Assembly (NCBI GenBank): GCA_004764695.1
Contig: SMSO01000005.1
Location: forward strand, 62,001 to 126,000
Length of the DNA stretch: 64,000 nucleotides
Direction: 5' to 3'
From: Schizochytrium sp. TIO01
Lineage: Eukaryota > Protista > Bigyra: Labyrinthulomycetes
Positions within the stretch are counted from its first letter, which is position 1, and every line of letters starts with the position of its first letter. A model generated the notes under the pieces. That model ran no database searches. It saw only the letters and a program-made list of their open reading frames with translations, and was not told where the DNA came from. Position numbers and translations under genes: made by a program. Shown here in pieces: positions 11,701 to 21,948 of the stretch.

Positions 11701-14214
11701 GTTTCTTTTCATGGTCCCACTAACTAAGAGTGCCTCTTAGTAATGCTTAAAAAACGATTAAAAAAACTCTTTTTATACAGAGAACCTTACGACCAAAATT
11801 CATACTCACCTAGAACCGGACGATTCTGTGTAATCAAAGTTATATCTAAAAAATTCAAGTAGAAATATTCATTCTTATACTCTTTTGTTGTGCCTCTAGA
11901 CCCTCTCAAAACTTTGACAGTAGGTACGAACTCAGTTTCCGGAGGGGTATTTAAAATCCGTCATCATCCCTTAAAAATACATTTCACTTTAATATAAGTT
12001 CATGACTTGACATATTATGGGTTTTGAAAATACAAAAGTACCTACTAAGGAATGCTCCATCAAGATTTAATATACTACCTATTCGCCAAGATGGAATTTG
12101 ACAAAAGTAAAAGAGACCAATCATGACAAGGGCGCGAGTAAACGCCATACTAGTACCGTCCTGTTTTTATTCTATCTCAGGCTCCTCTCTTTTAGGTAAT
12201 ATTCCATGATCCACTTGTAGCTTAAACTGCAACAGTTTTGAGCTTGCACAACTTGAAGGATGGGAATTGAAGAGATAAAAGGATAGGGCTTGGAAACCTA
12301 ACTCAGGAGGAGACTATCTTTCTGGATGGTGTTGGTAGATAAGTAGGTAGGTAGGTACCTAGGCTCTACCTTAGAGCAATTCGTCTTTTGTGAATTTCTA
12401 GTAATGGAGCGTTGCACTTGTGTGGTTTCAGTCATGTCGAGGTATGCAAAAGAACCCGATAGTTAACAAACTTGAAGCCTCTAGAACTATGGCTTCAGGA
12501 TATAGTTTGGGGAGGAGGGCGCGTGGGTTACTCCTCCACGAGCATTTTTCACAATAAAAAGTTTGGAGGTTCTTGCGAGGCCGAGCAGAAGGATCTCGGC
12601 GAGCTTGGGGTGCCGCCCAGAATCCTGGAAGCCCCCCACTCTTTTTCTACAGCACACACCCTCGCAGCCTCGTCCTCAAGCAAAGCCAAACCAGCCGGCC
12701 CCAGGGTTTATTTTACATTGCAAAGCGGGACTTTCCTGCCACTGGCGCTGTCTTTACCATGGCCAAGGGTATGGGTGTCGGGCATGATGCCGCTCGAAAG
12801 ACTTCACAGGCAAATTTCAAGTTAATCAGTTGCAGTTTTTTGTAATAATAACAATGATACTTTCTTTTTCAAATTTAATTTTAATTAACATAAAGTAAAT
12901 AATTCCACGACGCACACATTACTTCCTCCGTGCGCCGTGCCATCTACAGTCATTTTGTACCTCCTGGGGAAGAAGGAAGCACAGAATAAATATATTATTA
13001 TTTTTGTATATGATAGAATAAATAACAAAGTTTTCAGTACCACTTAGAACTAAGTGAGACAGTTCTACAGAATCTTAATTTTTATTTCTAACCTAAAATA
13101 AAATGAAAGAATGTTTAAAAACACAATAGCATGATCTAAGTAGAGAATCATGAATGTTTCGTGTTTTTTACTTTATATTGCTCTTTTTTTACCGGTAAGG
13201 TAAAAAGATGAACCAATAAGTACAATTTAAAGAAGCGAATCCGCTCAGGCGAAGAGAGCGCGGAGAAAGGAGCTTTCTGACGGCATTGATTTTCAGACTG
13301 TGCTTCAAAATGCCACATTCGCCTAGACTGATTGCACGCCCTGGTCTGTGAAAAGTTACTGCAATCGAAGTCTTTTTTTGCAGATCCGGTTGTTTTTTCT
13401 TTTTTTCTTTTTCTCTTTTTTCTAAAAGCAAATATTCATGACGAACAGGCGAGTGAAAGACCATAAAATAAGTTAGAAAACGTGCGGCCAGAAATCCACG
13501 CTGGCGAACTTCGCCATCGACTTCTTCTTCTGCTTCAGCTTTTTTTTTCTCAGAACACTTGAGCTTGAGCCATTCGCTGCCTATCACCAATGGCGGTCTG
13601 ACTGGAGAATATGTACCATGGAGCTCTACAGTTTGATTTGCTTCTATTCTTCTTCTTCTTCTTCTTCCTCTCAAGCACGCGGAGCACTGGAAAGTAACGC
13701 ACGCCTTATTCTTCAACTTAGCTCACGTCCTTGCTCCCAGAGAGAAGAAGCAAGCGACCGTAAGCTAGTTTTCAAGAAAGATGACTCTATGATGGCGCAA
13801 GATCGAATCAAGAGTGGTCGATCCATGAGCATTGAGGTCATCAGTCAGAGTCGAGACGGCTTGATGTGACAAGCTCGCTAACGAAGGATCGTCGCCAGTA
13901 ATCCTCTTACACTGCCGTACACTGGAGCAGTGAGCGAGTGCTCATTGATTGATCCATAGATCTTAAAGCTTCAAAGGTAGGTACACTAGGTACTGCACGT
14001 AGATTTCCTATGCAATAAACAGTCTCTTAGCTTAAGCTCAGGCCAAAACAATGTGCAGCAAACTTTGAAAGCGTAGATTAAAGGCACAGTCTTGTTTCAC
14101 CATTTCGCTGACCAGGTGCCTTCGAACAGCTCACTAGTCGGTTACCACAGCCGTTCGTCCTGTGCATTAAAACCCAGTCAGCCAGCCTCCTGGGCACGAG
14201 CAGGTGCTGTGTTA

Positions 14215-14253
<39 letters not shown>
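14215..14253. repeat. (CAT)13 microsatellite
   Basis: 13 perfect CAT units, read directly. Confidence 0.95.
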
Positions 14254-15806
14254 ATTCCAGGGTGCGGTTTCTACAGCTTTGCCTGTGACGAGGCGAAGCA
14301 AGACTGATTTGATCACCTCTCCCTTAGGTACAGGAAAGCGAAAATAACAACTTTTTCCAAATGAATTCATGAAAACATATAAAAACAAGGAGAAGGAAAG
14401 CTTACACGGTAGTAGACTGCGCTACTTTCAAGGAGGACTTTAGATTTTTCCTCGATAAAATCAAAACCACACACCCTGTCCTTAAATGCTTGAGGAATTG
14501 CTTTCTGGCCCCTCTGTCGGCCCTATAGCAAGCCGTTCGACGTCTTTTATACAGTGTATTTTACTACTTCTCCTGTTGCTTTTAGTTGGGCGGTTTTGCG
14601 TAGAAGAGGCTCTTTTGCAATGACACATAGACTTCAATAAAAATATACAAATGAGTAATAAAAATATGTTTCAAATTAAAAAAACGTTTTTAGACAAAAG
14701 AAGTAGTATTAGTGAGTCAATAGCAAGTCTTACACGCAAATGTTTTGAAAGTTAAAAAAGTTATAAAGTATGTACTGTAGAATGATTGTAACGAAAACGT
14801 AATATACCATGTGGCACGGTGATGATTCTGACGGCAAGATATAGTGAATACACTCGCTCACTCGCTCGCTCGCTTGCTCAGCTCCGCGTCAAGTCAGCGC
14901 CAGGGTTAGGCATAGCCATTCGGAATGGGTGCAGCGGCGAAAGTTGAATGCATTGCTGATGTTGCGGTTGCATATTGATGCGAGGCCTCAAAATTTGATT
15001 GAAGAAGAATGGTTCTAAACCTAAGGACGTCAAGATGCAAATTCCCTCCTCAAATTCCCTCTCGTTGCGAAATTTGTCGCTCCAGCTTTACAAAGGTCAA
15101 CTTTAAAAAGGAAGTTCACCCGCCTAGTACTGCGATAATAGAGCTTGTCATCCTACTTTCACAGTGTACAATGGCAGCAAAGGAGAGGCTTTTCCGTTTC
15201 TATTCTTGGAAAAGAAGATATTCGTTTCAAAGAGCAAAGCCAATTAGCTAAAAAACAACCCAAACAAAGGCTTGCGCAATGCAGGTAGCCTTTTCGCTAC
15301 CAGTAGCAACACTTTTAGCCTTTACTTTCTACCAGCTTGGCAGCTTGGAAAGAATGGGGAGAGGAACGGAAATCAGAGCTCTGCTCCATTTGGTCTTTTT
15401 ATTATCCGAAGGTAGGCTTCGCCTCGGTGGTGTGTGTGTTTTTATCAGTGCAGAAGCAATGCTGTGCTACAGTACAATAGGACTATACCCTAATAGATAG
15501 ATGCTCCTAGTGCTGCCGAAAAGATGAATGATTACTATTTATTGCTTGAAACAAAAAGGTTTACTCGACTCGAAAGATACTTTGTTGGTTTCTTTCCAAA
15601 TACACAATTAGAGTAAACAGTAGGGCTTTATTTCCCTTCGATAAAGATTCTTTGTAATTACAGAATTTAAAAAAAGAATGAATGATAGAATTGCAATAGA
15701 TTTATTAAGAAATAAAAAGGAACTCGAAAATAACCAAAGCAACTAACTCTGATTGTTTGTGCATTGCGCAGACGCTCGAACTGCAAAACCAAATCCCCAA
15801 CTTGCG

Positions 15807-16556
15807 GTACGTCTCAACACTTGAAACAGAAGGACCACGCCACTTTCTCTCTCCCGCCATGGACAGCCTGCATCGTATGCGCTGCTGCCGCTACCTGCTT
15901 CTTGGTCTCCTCAAGGCGACCTGAGAGTGAAACGAAACGAATCGACCGGGCCTTGCCAACGATCCATCCCTCGCGAGACAGCTTTTTTGTCGTTCTCGTG
16001 GGAGGCAGGAAAAGCCGTGGCGACCACCTCTCTCTCGTGTAAGGACCTACGCAGTAAGAAAGATGAAGACTAACGCTTATCTGGACAAACCCTTTGACAA
16101 TGATTGATCTCACTCTCTGTGATGGTAATGACACGACCTTGCGATACGGCATGGCAAACGACGAACGGCTCAACTCGATGGATTCTGGCGTGTGGTTCTT
16201 TCCATTTGATGGAACGCCTCTCTCCGTCAAATCTGCGTTGCCTGCACGATCGGTACCTTTCCTGTTTTCGTCATAACCATCTGCTCATACAAATCTTTCG
16301 TATGTGGACTCTGTTCTGGCGTTGGATTGCTCTGATCTGTCTCGTTGCTGATGGTTTCTGATTTCGTGTTGTTTCTATGCATTTATTCATATTTTAATAT
16401 TGAATAAAATGTTTTAATGAAAAAACAAAAACAAAAATCGGAACTATAAATGTAAAAAAAAAAACACTAAAAAAACTCAAATGGGTCTCCCTTCGTAAAG
16501 ATAGGAAGCACATTAGGTCCACCACCTGAGTGATTTGACGAACCTTTCAACAACAG
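15807..16556 (+). other. Putative 5'-UTR intron of the phosphagen kinase gene
   Basis: Donor GCG|GTACGT at 15807 and acceptor TTCAACAACAG| at 16555-16556, four bases before the ATG. The -ACAG ending matches both reconstructed G-beta acceptors. There is no coding constraint to confirm it. Confidence 0.45.
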
Positions 16557-16560
16557 CATA

Positions 16561-17835
16561 ATGTTTTCTCGCGTGGCCGGACGCAAGGGCGTCCAGTTCG
16601 CAGTTGCAGCAGCCTCTCTCGCCGGCGGTGCCGGAATCCTGGCCTCTAGCAGCACTGTTGCGCAGAACAAGGGCAACATTCTTGACGAGATGAACGAGCG
16701 CCTTAAGCGCATCGAGGGCATGCTTGTCTCTTGGAACGACTTTTTGGCCTCAATCAAGTCCATCAAGGTCTCGAACCCTGACAACCTCATGGCGAAGCAC
16801 TTTGACACGTCCTACTTCAACTCTCTCTCTGAGGACCTCAAGGTTCGCCTTGAGAAGATCTGCCGCTCCGGAGTTGAGAACCCTGACTCTGGCATGGGCT
16901 GCTACGCCATGAGCCCTGATGATTACGATGTGTTTGAGCCTTACCTGGACAAGGTCATTCGCGACTACCACAAGATCAAGGGCGAGGTTCACCACGTGAC
17001 CAACTGGGACCTCAACACCGTCAAGGACAAGCTTCCCGAGGGCGGCAAGCTCGACCTGACCAAGCTCGGACTCGGCACCACCTCAATGCGTGTCCGTGTC
17101 GGCCGCAACCTTGCCAACTACCCTCTCCCCGGTAACATGACCAAGGAGGACCGTCTCAACCTTGAGAAGGACATGGTTCAGGCCTTCAAGAAGCTCATGG
17201 CAGACCCTGCTTACGGCGGCACCTACTACTCTCTAACCCCCGGCACTGAGTACAGCATCAGCGATGAGAAGTACCAGGAACTTATCAACAACCGTGTGAT
17301 GTTCAAGGATATGGCTAACGACTCCTACCTCGCTAGTGCTGGAATCGCTTCTGAGTGGCCTTATGGTCGCGGCTGCTACCAGAGCGCTGATGGTCAGTTC
17401 ATCGTCTGGGTAGGCGAGGAGGACCACCTTCGCATTATGTGCATGAAGAAGGGAACTGTTCTCAACGAGGTCTTTGATCGTCTCCGTGTTGCCTGTGGTG
17501 TTGTTGAGGAGGCTGCTGGCAAGTTCGCTCACTCCAAGAAGTACGGATACGTCACTTCGTGCCCGACCAACCTTGGTACTGGTATGCGTGCTTCGATCCA
17601 CATCAAGGTCCCCAACCTCACTGCTGATGGCACCGATACCAAGGCCAAGGCTGTGTGCAAGCCCCTTGGACTCTCCGTGCGTGGAGTTGGTGGTGAGCAC
17701 ACCCCGATCGGCGCCGACGGTACCGTTGACATCTCCCCGTCTTCCCGTCTCTGCATTCAGGAGGCTGAGATCATCGCTGCTCTCTACGAGGGTATTGAGG
17801 CCCTCATCAGGGAGGAGAAGAAGGCCAAGCTCTAA
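16561..17835 (+). CDS. Phosphagen kinase (ATP:guanido phosphotransferase; arginine/taurocyamine kinase-like) with mitochondrial-type N-terminal extension and C-terminal AKL
   Basis: 424 aa with SGVENPDSGMGCYA, SMRVRVGRNL, WPYGRG, VWVGEEDHLRI, catalytic TSCPTNLGTGMRASIH and SVRGVGGEH. Strong C/G-ending codon bias suggests high expression. Confidence 0.96.
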   Translation: MFSRVAGRKGVQFAVAAASLAGGAGILASSSTVAQNKGNILDEMNERLKRIEGMLVSWNDFLASIKSIKVSNPDNLMAKHFDTSYFNSLSEDLKVRLEKICRSGVENPDSGMGCYAMSPDDYDVFEPYLDKVIRDYHKIKGEVHHVTNWDLNTVKDKLPEGGKLDLTKLGLGTTSMRVRVGRNLANYPLPGNMTKEDRLNLEKDMVQAFKKLMADPAYGGTYYSLTPGTEYSISDEKYQELINNRVMFKDMANDSYLASAGIASEWPYGRGCYQSADGQFIVWVGEEDHLRIMCMKKGTVLNEVFDRLRVACGVVEEAAGKFAHSKKYGYVTSCPTNLGTGMRASIHIKVPNLTADGTDTKAKAVCKPLGLSVRGVGGEHTPIGADGTVDISPSSRLCIQEAEIIAALYEGIEALIREEKKAKL

Positions 17836-18768
17836 GCGCTTACGATTTACCATCTAGCATCAGATGAGTTTATCTCGCCAAAATCTTGTATTCATGTCCT
17901 GGATACTGCCTGCCCTACACAATAACCCTCTGTACTCAAATGGTACATTGTGGGAATACATAGTGGTAGAACCTCTCGCACCATTCCCATCATTGGTTGA
18001 AAACCGAGTGTAGTGGAAAAACGAGCTGAGCTAACGTAAACTCGCCGTTATTCTAGAAAGCTTCCTCAAGATCATTCCGAAGATTTGTTTATCCATTTTC
18101 CCAAAATTCGTCTCGAACATACGTAACTAATTTTTGACTTTCTATGTCACAGCTTTCGAAACTTGCCCATGTTTTTAAAGTTATTGAGTATAATACAGCT
18201 ACTTGAAGAAAAGTGACACCCATGGCTCAGTTTCTTGTGATTTATGTGTTAGGCCTCCTCGCATTTCTGAATTTATGGCAGTAAAATTTGTTTTGGTTCT
18301 ATATGCCCCCCCCTCGCGACCCCGCGCTTTTGAAGTAAGGAAAGTCTGTAATTAGAATATTATACTTGTGTATGGGGAAGGAAATATGAATTCTTTATGT
18401 TGCTAAGGAGAGTACAACAGTCAAAGCAACTGCCTAGGGCACAGCAAAAGCAAGGATCACATTTTTCCACTCAATGAGACTTATCAGATGAGCTGCCTCA
18501 ATTTGCTATATTTGAGTGAGTTTTCACCATCCATCTGAAGACCTAATTTATTAACAAAAAAAGTCAACAAATGGCACAACATGTATCACGAGTAGATATT
18601 TGGTATGGTCAGAAATTAGGTTGTACAACCTCGACCCATGTGAGTGAATACCAACGTAGGACGCCTCCAGTAACTGAAAAGCTGCTTCATTGCTTTGAGT
18701 CATTGCAATTGTGAGTTATTGCAATTGTAAGACATAAGCGGGGAAGGCAAGCTACCCCCAACTAGGTC

Positions 18769-19920
18769 CTATCTGCGTCTATGCTCAGCCCCAGTGCTAC
18801 CCGGACTTCTCTGGAAGGTCTTCTGGCGAGCATTTGTTGAAGCACCAGGTTTAGAGACTTGAACTTTACCATTTCCCTGAGCATTCCCAGGCTGAAGAAC
18901 GCCTGTCCGGCTTGATGGAAAGGGCCTGGATATACGCTCATTTTCAAAACTTGAAGAACCAGCTCCTGATGAAGTGCTTCTATTATGCCGCGAACCAGCT
19001 CCTACAGTGGGGACACTTTTGTCCATTGTAGTATACCAAAGCACTCCAGCAAAACAAATGAGAATACCGGTTTTATTGAGCGAGCTCAGAGGCTTGTTGA
19101 AAAGAACCGAACCAACGGCAATGATACACAGGCGCCTGCAAATATCTGCAATACTAAAGGCCAAGGGGGTTACCCGTGCTGTAAAGAGAAAGTTGCTTAC
19201 ATACTCAACATGATACGCAAATGCAGCAACTGCGGAAAGAGGCAAAACCTCAATAAAAGTGTCATAGAAATTTGTCTGTTCCTCAAACACAAGAAACGCA
19301 GTGAGCTGGGGCGCAGCAGGAAAACCAAGCACGATAGTGGATATACTGGCCATAATGAACTGAGCTTTGACACCACTAATGTTTGTCTCTGAAATTGCCT
19401 TTTTCGATTCAAGGTTCAACATCGTCTGCAAGGCCATGCTTAGGACCGCAGCAAAGAATCCAATGAAACTGAACTCCATGTCTCCCCAAGCAGCGAGCAT
19501 AACACCGATCACAGTCGGCACAAGTGTAGCGTACACCATAAGGGGGAAGCTTGTTCCTTGAATTTTGTTGACAATCACCGTGGCTACTGGAATCGCGCTC
19601 TTTACCACGTATGTTAATGTAATACCGGCTAGCTGGAGTGCGACGCCATTCATGTAATTTGCACCGAGCAGAAGAAGGGCTGGCACAAAGAAGATGCGAG
19701 AGAGCCGCCCAACGTTGGCTGTAGTGATTTTCTCGGATGAGGAATCCACAGCATTGGTCAAGAAACCTAGCACTGCACTACCAGCAAAACGTACAAACGT
19801 CAACAAGAACGGTGATGCAAAGGCGTCTAGAAAAGCTGTGTTTGCATATGTTGATAGAACCGCAGACGAGGCGAACCACACCACGCCTACTCCAAGGACC
19901 TCTGCTGGATTTTGGCTCAT
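18769..19920 (-). CDS. Triose-phosphate translocator / SLC35E-like (DMT superfamily) transporter
   Basis: 383 aa with about 9-10 hydrophobic segments, LTYVVKSAIPVATV, TLVPTVIGVMLAAWGDMEFSFIGF and VTPLAFSIADICRR. No N-terminal transit peptide; Ser-rich C-terminal tail. Confidence 0.88.
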   Translation of the reverse strand: MSQNPAEVLGVGVVWFASSAVLSTYANTAFLDAFASPFLLTFVRFAGSAVLGFLTNAVDSSSEKITTANVGRLSRIFFVPALLLLGANYMNGVALQLAGITLTYVVKSAIPVATVIVNKIQGTSFPLMVYATLVPTVIGVMLAAWGDMEFSFIGFFAAVLSMALQTMLNLESKKAISETNISGVKAQFIMASISTIVLGFPAAPQLTAFLVFEEQTNFYDTFIEVLPLSAVAAFAYHVEYVSNFLFTARVTPLAFSIADICRRLCIIAVGSVLFNKPLSSLNKTGILICFAGVLWYTTMDKSVPTVGAGSRHNRSTSSGAGSSSFENERISRPFPSSRTGVLQPGNAQGNGKVQVSKPGASTNARQKTFQRSPGSTGAEHRRR

Positions 19921-21948
19921 GGTGCCGGCTCCTTGCTGCCAAACCCGACTCTTGCCACCACGATCACAAGCCGGAAAGTTTCCTCAGCTCTGTGACTTAA
20001 AGTTACTGCAAAACCAGAACTATTCTCCAGCCTTAGCCCTGAAAAGGTCAAGACGCCATTCAGTCTGAGTACTGCTTCTTCATGACGTTAAGTTGATGAG
20101 GCCAAGTTTCCTTGGACAAAGAGCTCTCTATTACTACCTGACTTACTTCCTTTGGGGATTCTAAGTGGCGCAATTGTGCGCTATAGCTAGCAGTAATAGA
20201 ATCACTTAGGCCTCGCGTCTTGTTTTTTCCCCTCTCAGACCAGGCTGAGTCCGGTGATTCGATAGACCTCTTTTTGGGCCACAAACCTATGAAATACTTC
20301 ATCACAACGTAGCCACATTCCTGTGCTTCTAAAGGGTTTTACTCACCGAACAAAAGATCGATTTTCAATTGGACACGCATATACCGGCCCCTTATAATAG
20401 GCGCTGGTACTTTGAAGAGAAATAAAGCAGTGTTGATAGGTCTCAAAGCTCTTCACCACTTCTTTACAGAATGATATAGTATCCGCGGATAGCTTAATCC
20501 ATCTCAAGCTAGCAGCATTCGTGTATAAACCACGGGACAAGAACACACAGCTGCTCGAGCGTTGCCAATGAGGTACTTCGTTCGATTCACGGACTTCTGA
20601 AGTTATATTTTTTTTTCCGGTGGTAGTGAAATTACGAACATGGGTAAATTTAATTCTGATCAGAGCAACAATGTTGTGAATGATTATTTGAGTCGAATGT
20701 ATATAATAGCCTTTGAGGCGAAAAACCAGGCGTCATGCTACCGATTCAAACTGTGAAAAATGCCAAAAGAATGTTCGAATCTATGCCGACGTCTTTACAT
20801 GAACTATAGAAAGAGAAATCACAATAGTTCTTTCCTCCTTGCTCGATGCCTATTTGAAAGCCTGAATCGGAAGACTGTTTCAACGATTCACAGAAATTAT
20901 ATTCGTAACATATAAATCCATATGAATACCCTTTTTTCCTATCAGCATGGTACCTCGGTAGCTTCAACGCTCTGAAATATTATTCATTTTTTGTTGTGAG
21001 TACAAGAAGAAATCCTGCAGTGTTTTAGATTGAATCTAGTGCCTAGGTGCGAAACTAATGCACAAGTCATGTTCGTTAATGCTGACAGTTCATCTGACCG
21101 CGCGCTTGACGCTGTAGCCATTAAAACTGCACACACACCTGTGGAAAGAGCAGAGTTGACTTTTCCCTGATTTAATGTTCCAAGTGTCACGCGTTGTCTT
21201 GGCCCTGTGAAATTCAAGGAAACAAACTCTTCAAGAGACAGCTTCTGATAGGTGACGAGAACGTCTTTGGAAAAAGGGTATCGAAGGAAGTGAAGGACAT
21301 TCATTCAACAGGTGCTGTAAATCTTTTTGGTGAAAATGGTGGAGGAGAGGGAGGATCAAGGCAAGGGACGAGAAACAGTGAAAAAGAAAAAAGATGAAAA
21401 AAGAACAAACTGTTGCGACACAAGATTTTTATTTCGAAGTTGGTGGCGAGGCTTCTTTGCAGTGCAAACCCTCAGCAGGCACGGAGAAGAAAAGGCTAAC
21501 ATGGCTTTTGTACGATGTTGGACATACAGAGGCGTGGGGAACATGTGGAGTCGAAGACTGACGACAGGAGCTTGTGTGCGCGACGCGCAGACCGCCGCGA
21601 AGACGTGGGGGTCGTGATGAAGGTGGGTGTTATCTAAAGGCAGCAGACGAAGAATAGTAAGCAAAGAGCGACCAAAAGACGCGCCACACATGCACCAGCT
21701 TCGAGACCAGGGGTTGTACAATGATACTTCATCGTGACAATGTTGTGGTGAACGAGGGTAGCGAGGGATTGATGAAAAAAGGTACGGCGGAGGATGATGT
21801 TGAAGTTGTAGGGTAGTAAAATGAAGATTTGGAAATGGCGGAGAGTGGTGAAAAAAAGTAGAAGAGTGGGTAAAAAAGAATGTAAAAGATGAAGAAGATG
21901 TAGACGGAGGTAGGATGAGCCGGGAACAGCGTTGCCCTAGGATGCCAC

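Noticed and set aside
14092-14307. Poly-His peptide ORF
   Set aside because: Artefact of the (CAT)13 microsatellite; non-ATG start.
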